Below are positions 47,580 to 55,902 of a stretch of DNA of 64,000 nt, piece by piece (the first letter of the stretch is position 1; each line of letters begins with the position of its first letter). The notes under the pieces are model-generated. The model was not told the DNA's origin. It saw nothing but the letters and a program-made list of their open reading frames with translations, and searched no databases. Source of the DNA: a virus (lineage: Duplodnaviria; Caudoviricetes); IMG/VR virus record IMGVR_UViG_2824317532_000001, positions 1 to 64,000 of that record. One strand, 5' to 3'. The position numbers and the translations under genes were made by a program.

Positions 47580-48092
47580 ATGTCGCTGACCAGCCGAATC
47601 ACCATTGCCGCGTCCGCAATGCAGACCGCCGCCCTAGACCTGGGCTCCGCGTCCGCCCAGCTGGCCAAGAGCTACATGACGGACCTCACTGACGGTACGT
47701 CCGCCGGCCAGGCGAACCGGATCTTCCACGACACGCGCACGCTCGCCGCGAGTTCGTCTGAGGACATCGACCTGGCGGGTGTGCTCACTGACGCGTTCGG
47801 GTCCACCATCACGCTCGCCCGGGTCAAGGGCCTGATCATCGCGGCGGCAGCGGCGAACACCAACAACGTGCTCGTGGGTGGAGCCTCGGCGACGCAGTTC
47901 GTGTCCTGGAACGGCGGTGCCACGCACACGGTGACTGTCCGCCCGGGGGCGGTGTTCGCTCTGGTGGCCGGGTCCGCCGACGCGACCGGCTACGTGACGG
48001 CCGCCGGCTCTACCGACCTGTTGAAGATCGCGAACTCGTCGTCGGGCACGAGCGTCACCTACGACATCGTGGTCATCGGCTGCTCTGCCTGA
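47580..48092 (+). CDS. virion structural protein of unknown function
   Basis: GGAGG RBS; beta-rich; between terminator and major tail genes. Confidence 0.7.
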   Translation: MSLTSRITIAASAMQTAALDLGSASAQLAKSYMTDLTDGTSAGQANRIFHDTRTLAASSSEDIDLAGVLTDAFGSTITLARVKGLIIAAAAANTNNVLVGGASATQFVSWNGGATHTVTVRPGAVFALVAGSADATGYVTAAGSTDLLKIANSSSGTSVTYDIVVIGCSA

Positions 48093-48163
48093 TCCTTCTC
48101 GGCTTTCCGAATTCCCTACCCGGCGACCGCCGGGCCTTTGCCATGCCACAAGGAGGCTGACCC

Positions 48164-48724
48164 ATGGCGGTCGACATCACCCTGATCAGGGCGTACACCA
48201 ACGGGGCCGTATACACCACCAGCTCTTCGGCGGTCACCGCTACCGCACCGACCGACGCGGGCTCCTCGCTCGACCCCGATTTCCAGGAGGTCGGCGCGAT
48301 CTCCGAGGACGGCATCACCGAATCCACCAGCCAGGACCGGACCGATGTGTTCATCTGGCAGAACAACACACTCGCCCGTCGTATCCCCGGTCAGACGACC
48401 AAAACCTGGACCCTGGCAGCGAGTGAAACGAACCTGATGACGCTGGGGGTTCAGTTCGCGGGCTCGACCATCACCCAGACAGCCGAGGGTGTTTCGATCG
48501 AGGAGAAGGCACCCGGAACCGACATCCGTCAGTGGGTGCTGCACGGCATCGACGGCAGCGATCTGCAGCGCATCTACGTTCCGCTCGGTGAGGTGACCGA
48601 GCGGGGCGACGTGGTGTGGTCGGCGGCCGGGGTCACTGTCTACGAGTGGACCTTGAGCGCCTACGCCGACCCTTCGGGAAATTTCGCGTACCGGTACATC
48701 GCGTCAGACGCGCTTGCCCTCTGA
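48164..48724 (+). CDS. major tail (tube) protein
   Basis: FQEVGAISEDGITE..IWQ..ETN..GEVTERGDV..YEWTLSAY. Confidence 0.88.
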   Translation: MAVDITLIRAYTNGAVYTTSSSAVTATAPTDAGSSLDPDFQEVGAISEDGITESTSQDRTDVFIWQNNTLARRIPGQTTKTWTLAASETNLMTLGVQFAGSTITQTAEGVSIEEKAPGTDIRQWVLHGIDGSDLQRIYVPLGEVTERGDVVWSAAGVTVYEWTLSAYADPSGNFAYRYIASDALAL

Positions 48725-48800
48725 CCCCCTATTCGACGTCGCCGGTCCCGCGCGGGTGACCGGCGGCGTCTCCTACCCGCGTACTCGCGCAAGGAGTGTC

Positions 48801-49163
48801 ATGACAGCAGTACAGATCATGCCCGGCGGGGAAGGCTCCGCCGGATACATCGCCACCCTCGCCGGTGTCAGCCTGCCCATCGACTCGTACGCCGCCGAAC
48901 CCGACGCCGAGGGCAGGCTGATCGTGTCGCTGGCCGTGTTCGCGGACAGCCTGCAGATCGGTGTGCCGCCGCGTCGTTCCGATCTGGAGTCCACGCGGCG
49001 CATGGAGACACCCAACCAGCCGCCGGTCAGCACGTGGGGCGACCCGCGCCAACCGGATCCGCGGGCGAACATTCCGGGCTGGCAGCCACCACCCGCGAGA
49101 GCGGATGCGGGCCGCGGGCAGACCGGCGAGTACCCGCCCGTGTCGCACCGGAGGGCACAGTGA
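48801..49163 (+). CDS. hypothetical protein
   Basis: AAGGAG RBS. Confidence 0.55.
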   Translation: MTAVQIMPGGEGSAGYIATLAGVSLPIDSYAAEPDAEGRLIVSLAVFADSLQIGVPPRRSDLESTRRMETPNQPPVSTWGDPRQPDPRANIPGWQPPPARADAGRGQTGEYPPVSHRRAQ

Positions 49164-49651
49164 CCGAGTTCGCGCCGCCCCCCGGCCAGGGCTACGACCT
49201 ACAGCGCACCTACGCCGAAAACAAGCCCGATTTCTGGTTCCGGTGGGCCGACCGCTGGTGGCGGCTACCGAACATGCACATGCTCGACTTTGATATCCAA
49301 GTCGACGTCATGGGCTTCCAAGGCCGGGTGTCGGAAGACAACCCCGACGTCAACGCCTTGAAGGCGATGGTCAACGACCTGTTCGACCTCATCATGGACG
49401 CCGGACATGAAGGCCAGGCCTCCGACTGGCGGGCCGTGAAGCCCCGGCCGCTGCCGATGCTGATGGACCTGCTGTCCCAGTGGTCCGAACAATCTGGCGT
49501 CGATGAGGGGGAATCCTCGGCCTCCACCAGCTCCTCACCGAGCACGGGGAGGCCATCGAAGCGGACCTCGAAGCCGTCTACGGCATCCGGCTCGGCGCGG
49601 CGCTCTACGGCCCGACCGCGGGAGGCCGGCGCACTGCCCGCGAACTCCTAG
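49160..49651 (+). CDS. tail assembly chaperone (G)
   Basis: Position; ..QWSEQSGVDEGE then Ser-rich tail after slippery site. Confidence 0.8.
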   Translation: MTEFAPPPGQGYDLQRTYAENKPDFWFRWADRWWRLPNMHMLDFDIQVDVMGFQGRVSEDNPDVNALKAMVNDLFDLIMDAGHEGQASDWRAVKPRPLPMLMDLLSQWSEQSGVDEGESSASTSSSPSTGRPSKRTSKPSTASGSARRSTARPREAGALPANS

Positions 49652-49914
49652 TCCGGATCAAATACTTGCCGTCCGGTGGCGCCTTGGACCGGGCACGGCG
49701 GGGTCCGATGGCTGAGTGGGGTGTCAATGAGTTCCTGCTTCGCCAGATCGATCTGCGCCTGGCGGGCGCGAACTGGCAGCGCGGCGGCGGTAAGGGGCAG
49801 AAACCGAAACCGGTCGAGCTACCGAAGCAGAAGGTGCCACGGACGAAACCGGCGGGCCCGGATGTCGCGCAGCGGCTGATGAATCTCGGACTGATCCCGC
49901 CTGGCGGTAGCTGA
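49160..49914 (+). CDS. tail assembly chaperone G-T via -1 frameshift at GGGGGAA (49507-49513)
   Basis: -1 frame reads GILGLHQLLTEHGEAIEADL..LPSGGAL..ANWQRGGGKGQKPKP, open to 49914. Confidence 0.8.
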
Positions 49915-49934
49915 ATCAGCGGGTCGGGGGTGTG

Positions 49935-52900
49935 ATGACATCCCCGGATTCGGTGGGCGAAGTCAGCGTAGAGGTTGTCGCCGATGCAGCGACGCTGGCG
50001 AAGGATCTGAAAGACAAAGTCGAGAAGGGGTTCAAGGACCTCGACCCGGCTAAGGGGCTCAAAGCCAAGCTCAAGGGGTCGAAGCCGATCCCGCTGCCGG
50101 TCGTGCCGGAGCCGGTGACGAAGGATTTGCCGGCCGACACTGAGGAGGAGGCGAAGAAGACTCGCACCCCGCGGGTGCCGGTCGGCTTGGATCCGCTGCT
50201 TGAGGCGTTCCAGCAAGAAGTGCAGCGGCAGATCAAGTCGCTGGCACGCACGATCAACGCCGAAATCCCGGTCGGCGCCGACACCGACGGGTTGCGCCGT
50301 GAACTCGCCGCCGAGCTGGCTGCGGTGGCGCAGCAGGCCAAAGCGAAGATTCCGGTCGAGGTCGACGACCGGGCAAAACTGGAAACCGAACTGCGGGCGT
50401 CCGTTGCTGCCCTGTCGGAGCGGGTCAAGGCTTCTATCAAGGTTGATCCGGACACGACCGGGCTCGGTGAGAAGGTCGAGGCTGCCGCCGACCGGGCGGT
50501 TGGCCGCGCCAAAGTCCGAGTCCCGGTCGATGTGGATGTTGACAAGGGCGGAGCCCTGTCCAAAATCCGCAGCCTGTTCTCGGGACTCGGTGGTGGGCTG
50601 CTCAACGGCCTAGACGCGGCGATCACCCGCACCGCGTCCAGCGCGGCTCAGATGGGCGGGGCACTCGTCGGCGCCCTCAGCTCGTCAACGGGGCCGCTCG
50701 GCACCATCATCGGCCTGCTCGGTGGGGCTGTCGCGGCGATGGCTGCGCTGGCAGCAGCGGCGGTGGCGGCAGTGCCGGCTATCACGGCGGTGGCGGGTGC
50801 GGCGGCGGCGATCCCTGGCGCTCTCGCGGGTGCGGGTGCCGCATTTGGGGCGCTGGCACTCGGGTTCAAGGGCATCTCGGAGGCGTTCAAGCCGAGCGGG
50901 GGCGGTGGCGGGGGTGGTGGCGGGGCGGGCAACCAGGGCAAGCAGATCGCTGCGGCCGCGCGTCAGGTGGAGGCTGCCCGGCGTGGGATCGCCGCCGCGA
51001 ACCGGCAGGTAGAGGCGTCCGAGCGGGCTTTGGCTGCCGCACACCGGGGGGTGGAGGCGGCGGAGCTGCGGCTGGTGGAGGCGCAGCGGCGTGCTCTGTC
51101 GGCGCAGCAGGCGATCGCCCGTGCCCGCGAGGAGGCGGCCGAGTCGATTGACGACTTGAACCGCAGTCTTCGTGGGGCCCGCCTGTCGGAGGAGGATGCT
51201 GCCCTCGGTGTCGAAGAGGCGCTGCGGGCCCTCAACGAGGCCAAACTGTCGGGCAACATTCCCGACATCAAGCGGGCGGATCTCGCCTACAGGCAGGCGC
51301 TGCAAACCCTCGACGAGGCCAAGGACACCACCAGCGACCTATCGGCGGAGACCGAGGAAGCCAACCGCAAGGGTGTTGAGGGCTCCGACCAGGTTCAAGA
51401 CGCACTCCAGGAGCAGCGGGACGCTTTGCAGGGTGTCCGGGATGCGCAGATCGGCATCATCGAGGCCAACGACAGCCTCGCCTCCGCGCAGGACGGTGTC
51501 GCCGCCGCGATGGACGGCGTCAAGTCGGCGGCGGACGGGCTGACGTCGGCGCAGGAGTCCCTGGCGCAGGCACAGCAGGGTGTCGCGGCGGGGGGCGGCG
51601 GCGTCGCCCGCGAGATCACGAGGCTGGCGCCGGCGGCGGCGAAGTTCGTGCAGGCGGTCAAGGACCTGAAACCGGCGTTCGAGGACTTGCGCCTGGACGT
51701 GCAGGAACGCCTGTTCCGTGACTTGGACAAGACGGTCACCAATCTGGGGTCGGAGTGGATTCCGCGGCTACACAAGAACCTCGGCGACTATGCGACCACG
51801 TTCAACGGCTTCTTCAAGGATCTCGGCACGTCGCTGACAGACCGAGAGTTCATGAAGGACATCTCGATCGGGTTGGAGGGCTTCCGCGTCGGCATGGACG
51901 CCGTCTTCGACTCGGTGTCGCAGAAACTGGTGCCCGCGCTCGGTGACTTGGTCGAGGCGTCAGCGCCGTTCCTCGAGGCGCTCGGTGAGGGCATCGCCAC
52001 GGTGGTCACGAAGTTCAGTGACTGGGTGCAGGCTGGCGAGGATTCCGACGCGTTGAAGGACTTCTTCGAACGTGCCACCGTCGCACTCGGTGAGATCGGC
52101 CGGATCGGTGGCTCCGTAGTCCGCATCATCGGCGGCATCATCGAGACGATCACTGGGGCGCAGGCGACGGATTCGTCACAGTCGCCGCTGGAAGCGTTCC
52201 GGCGCGGCCTGGACCGGGTCGCGGACTGGCTGAACAACCCGACCAACCAGGAACAGATCCGCAACCTGATTCGCGACATCGCCAACGCGGCGGTCGAGTT
52301 CGGTGAGGCTGCGACCGCAATCAACGACTTCCTGAAGAGGATCGGCGTCGGAGGTTCGGAGAAGGGCGGCTCGGTCGGCGCCGACATCGGCCGGGCAATA
52401 TTCGCTGGTCTGCTCGCGGGTCTAGGGGCGGCGTTCGAGGCGAATCTGAAATTTTTGCTGTCGCCGTTCACCAACTTCATCGACGCGGTGAAGACCACGT
52501 TCGGGATCAAGTCGCCTAGCACGGTGTTCGCGGAGATCGGCAAGGATCTGGTTCGCGGTCTCCTCAACGGGATCGGCGCGATGGTGGAGTCGCTACGGCA
52601 AAAGGCAGTCGGACTCAAGACGACGATCGGTAATGCCCTGTCGGGCGCCGGCTCGTGGCTGGTCCAGACCGGAAAGAACGCCGTCTCCGGGCTAGGCTCC
52701 GGGCTCTCGTCGCTGGGAACGTGGCTGCGCGAGAAGGCCACCGGCTTGAAGACGACGGTGACGGGCGCACTGTCGAACTCGATCAACTGGCTTTCTTCGA
52801 CAGGAAAGAATGTCGTGTACGGCCTGTGGAACGGGATCTCCAGCCTCAGCACCTGGCTGTGGAACAAGGTCACCAGCTTTGCCCGCAACTACGTCACCAA

Positions 52901-53255
52901 CGCCGTCAACTCGGCACTCGGCATCGAATCGCCGTCGAAGGTGATGGCGCAGGCCGGCGCCTACACCGCCCAAGGTTTCGCCCTCGGCATGGAGGGTGAG
53001 GCCGGCCGGGTCGAGGCGGCCGCAGACCGGATCGCAGCGGCAGCGTTGCCGCAGGTTCAGGATGCGGCGCTCGGCCTCGGCTGGGAGGCGGACGCCACGA
53101 TCGCGCAGAGTCTGTCGGTCGCCGACCAGCAGCGCATGCTGCTGGGCTGGAAGACCGGCGCCACGGGAGACCAACTGCTGGATGCGGTGGCCCGGCTGAT
53201 CGACATCTCCTATCAGGGGGATGTCGAGGCGGCGTTCACCCGCACCCGCCGATAA
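49935..53255 (+). CDS. tape measure protein
   Basis: 1.1-kaa Ala/Gly-rich helical protein, FGIKSPSTVF and LGIESPSKVM motifs. Confidence 0.92.
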   Translation: MTSPDSVGEVSVEVVADAATLAKDLKDKVEKGFKDLDPAKGLKAKLKGSKPIPLPVVPEPVTKDLPADTEEEAKKTRTPRVPVGLDPLLEAFQQEVQRQIKSLARTINAEIPVGADTDGLRRELAAELAAVAQQAKAKIPVEVDDRAKLETELRASVAALSERVKASIKVDPDTTGLGEKVEAAADRAVGRAKVRVPVDVDVDKGGALSKIRSLFSGLGGGLLNGLDAAITRTASSAAQMGGALVGALSSSTGPLGTIIGLLGGAVAAMAALAAAAVAAVPAITAVAGAAAAIPGALAGAGAAFGALALGFKGISEAFKPSGGGGGGGGGAGNQGKQIAAAARQVEAARRGIAAANRQVEASERALAAAHRGVEAAELRLVEAQRRALSAQQAIARAREEAAESIDDLNRSLRGARLSEEDAALGVEEALRALNEAKLSGNIPDIKRADLAYRQALQTLDEAKDTTSDLSAETEEANRKGVEGSDQVQDALQEQRDALQGVRDAQIGIIEANDSLASAQDGVAAAMDGVKSAADGLTSAQESLAQAQQGVAAGGGGVAREITRLAPAAAKFVQAVKDLKPAFEDLRLDVQERLFRDLDKTVTNLGSEWIPRLHKNLGDYATTFNGFFKDLGTSLTDREFMKDISIGLEGFRVGMDAVFDSVSQKLVPALGDLVEASAPFLEALGEGIATVVTKFSDWVQAGEDSDALKDFFERATVALGEIGRIGGSVVRIIGGIIETITGAQATDSSQSPLEAFRRGLDRVADWLNNPTNQEQIRNLIRDIANAAVEFGEAATAINDFLKRIGVGGSEKGGSVGADIGRAIFAGLLAGLGAAFEANLKFLLSPFTNFIDAVKTTFGIKSPSTVFAEIGKDLVRGLLNGIGAMVESLRQKAVGLKTTIGNALSGAGSWLVQTGKNAVSGLGSGLSSLGTWLREKATGLKTTVTGALSNSINWLSSTGKNVVYGLWNGISSLSTWLWNKVTSFARNYVTNAVNSALGIESPSKVMAQAGAYTAQGFALGMEGEAGRVEAAADRIAAAALPQVQDAALGLGWEADATIAQSLSVADQQRMLLGWKTGATGDQLLDAVARLIDISYQGDVEAAFTRTRR

Positions 53256-53351
53256 GACGCCGGGCGGGCAAAGCGGCATGCCTCCCGCCCGGCACTCGGA
53301 TCCTATCCACCACAGGCTCGGCTCCTGCCCGAGTTCACCCGGCAGGAGGTC

Positions 53352-55136
53352 ATGTTGGCGCGCACCATCTACGGCGGTTCCGTCGATGACGTGGTCATCA
53401 CCCCAGTCACGATCGGCACCACCCAGGTCGCCGGCCTGCCCGCCTCGCAGAACTTCGAAGTCTGGAACTACGCCAACACCGAGCAGCTCACCGACATCCA
53501 AGACGGATCCGGTGTCGCCCTGCCGTCAGGGATCGTCGTCTCCTCGAGCGCCGGCGTCATCCCTCAGTTCAAAGCCCCCGACGACTACACCGGACCGATC
53601 CGGCTCAAACACGTCACCTCCGGCTTGTCGTGGGTGATGCAGCCGTCCGACGGCACCAGCGGTGGCGGCGGGTCGAGCTTGCCGAACACGTTGGTCGTCG
53701 CCTCGGCCGACTCGGGGATCCTCGATGCCGACTGGGTGTGCGACGGCACCGCCGACGATGTCCAGCTTCAAGCAGCCGTCACCGCGACCGCACTCGGCGG
53801 CACCGTCCAGCTCACCTCCGGAACGTTCAACCTCGCTGACGTAGTCGACGTGTGGGGCGCCGACGACGCCGACGTCGAAGGTGAGATCTACATTCGCGGG
53901 GCTGGCCCGTCGAACACCACCCTGGTCGTCGGCTCAGGTGTGGCCAGCGCGTTCAACCTCAGCAAGGCAGTGCGGGTACACATCTCCGACCTGGGCATCG
54001 AGGTCGGCGGCAGCTCGTCCGGCATCGTCGCCACCTATTCGGCGACACCTGCCGCCCTGTACCGGTCGGCGTGGTTCTCGAGTTTTGAGCGGTTGCAGGT
54101 GAAAGGCCCGTGGGACGGTAGCCACTCCGGCTGGGCGATCGACCTCGGCAACGTGTTCCGTGCCCGGATGGCCAACATGGAGGTCGGCGGTACCGGCAAT
54201 GGCATCAGGTTGTTGAACCAGACGTCGGAGTTCAACAGCGGTGACATGACCATCGACCGGTGTTTCGTCGAGGTGGTCGGCACGAACGCGGTCGCGTATT
54301 CGTGTGATTCGGCGGCAGGCAACCTCAACCAGGTGACCTGGATAACCTGCCACTCTATTGCGAATCCGGCCAACACTGGCACGGTGGCATGGAAGTTCAC
54401 CGGGACTACCGGTTCGACTAGCCACATCCGGTTGATCAACTGCAATGTTGAGCAGTTCGCCACCACGGTCTCAGCGGATGCGAATGCCAACGACCTGGAG
54501 ATCGACCTCGTACACGTCACACTGCGCAACGGGTCCACCCTGTTCAACAGTGCGGGCTCGAACAGCGTCTTTCGTTGCGGCTTGGCGTACATCGAACCGT
54601 CGGCAACCGTGTCGATCCTCACCGACAGCAACGGCTACGACGCCAAGCCATCGGTGTACGACCGGATCAACATCTACGCCGACACCGGCGCGACCGCGAA
54701 CGCCACGCCGGGCAACACGGCCGTGCTGCAACGCATCGTTCTCGACGGCGACTCCGCCACCTACGCGTCCACGCTTCGACGGCCGCCGGCACGGCCCGCC
54801 CCAACCCGGGCGATCACACTGTCGGATGCGGCGACGATCGCCACCGACGCCAGTCTGGGGAACCTGTTCGACTGCACGATCGCCGGGAACCGCACGCTCG
54901 GCGCGCCCACCAACCCACTCGACGGGCAGACCGTGGTATGGCGGCTCACCGCGTCCGGTGGTGCCCGTACTCCTACTCTCGCCTCAGGCGCGGGCGGATT
55001 CGTCGTTGCGACGGGTAGCCCGGCAGTGACGGTGGCGGCGATCGCGTCCGGATCCACCGCGGAAATCGCGGCCACCTATTCTTCGGCAAATAGCAGATGG
55101 CGAGTGAGCCGGTATTCAATCTTCGCGGCTAGCTAG
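53352..55136 (+). CDS. tailspike / pectin-lyase-like beta-helix receptor-binding protein
   Basis: ADWVCDGTADDVQLQAA..GGTVQLTSGTF..IRGAG; C-terminal TIATDASLGN..TLGAPTNP. Confidence 0.78.
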   Translation: MLARTIYGGSVDDVVITPVTIGTTQVAGLPASQNFEVWNYANTEQLTDIQDGSGVALPSGIVVSSSAGVIPQFKAPDDYTGPIRLKHVTSGLSWVMQPSDGTSGGGGSSLPNTLVVASADSGILDADWVCDGTADDVQLQAAVTATALGGTVQLTSGTFNLADVVDVWGADDADVEGEIYIRGAGPSNTTLVVGSGVASAFNLSKAVRVHISDLGIEVGGSSSGIVATYSATPAALYRSAWFSSFERLQVKGPWDGSHSGWAIDLGNVFRARMANMEVGGTGNGIRLLNQTSEFNSGDMTIDRCFVEVVGTNAVAYSCDSAAGNLNQVTWITCHSIANPANTGTVAWKFTGTTGSTSHIRLINCNVEQFATTVSADANANDLEIDLVHVTLRNGSTLFNSAGSNSVFRCGLAYIEPSATVSILTDSNGYDAKPSVYDRINIYADTGATANATPGNTAVLQRIVLDGDSATYASTLRRPPARPAPTRAITLSDAATIATDASLGNLFDCTIAGNRTLGAPTNPLDGQTVVWRLTASGGARTPTLASGAGGFVVATGSPAVTVAAIASGSTAEIAATYSSANSRWRVSRYSIFAAS

Positions 55137-55254
55137 AGCAATTCACTCCTGCGTGCAAGGTATAGCGCGCAAAAATCGATAGAATGAGATGGCCCCGGCG
55201 CGACTGCAATCGCCCGGGACCTGACGGAATAGCCTATCTCGGAGGTATCCCGTA

Positions 55255-55860
55255 ATGGGAGATCGTACCTGTCCCGTCGAGACCGACGGCAAGGCATGCG
55301 GCAAACCGTCCGCGCCGAAGGATTCCCGCCTATGGTGCTCGATGCACCGCAACCGGTGGTACAGGCACGGCGACGTGCACTACCTCGGCAAGCACGGCCT
55401 CGCCAAGACGGCAACTCCGGAGCAGCGCTTCTGGGCGAAGGTGGACGCCGACGGTGACTGCTGGGTCTGGACGGGCGCGATTGGGACCCACGGTTACGGA
55501 ATGTTCCGGAACGAGCATGGCAAGGCGGTTACTGCGCATCGTTACTCGTACGAGTCTTTGATTGGTCCCATTCCAGACGGACTCACCATCGACCATCTGT
55601 GTCGCAACCGCCCATGCATCAATCCGGATCACCTGGAACCTGTGACGCAGGCTGAAAACAACCGCCGCGTCCCCGTTGAAGTGCGTCGCCTCAGCGCGCG
55701 GGTGCCGAGGCCGCCGCGTACGACTTGCAAACACGGGCATCCGTTGTCGGGCGAAAATCTCTACGTGTCTCCCGGTGGCCACCGGGCCTGCCGAACCTGC
55801 GCCAAACGACGCGTCCTGGAGTTCTGCGCCCGAAAGCGGAATCAAGCGCAAGCAGCCTAG
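55255..55860 (+). CDS. HNH homing endonuclease
   Basis: RFWAKV..CWVWTG..GYG..AHRYSY..IDHLCRNRPCINPDHLEPVTQAEN; CKHGH..CRTC. Confidence 0.92.
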   Translation: MGDRTCPVETDGKACGKPSAPKDSRLWCSMHRNRWYRHGDVHYLGKHGLAKTATPEQRFWAKVDADGDCWVWTGAIGTHGYGMFRNEHGKAVTAHRYSYESLIGPIPDGLTIDHLCRNRPCINPDHLEPVTQAENNRRVPVEVRRLSARVPRPPRTTCKHGHPLSGENLYVSPGGHRACRTCAKRRVLEFCARKRNQAQAA

Positions 55861-55902
55861 GCCCTTGTCGGCACTAGCGACTTCTCTGTCAGGGGGTGGC
55901 TA

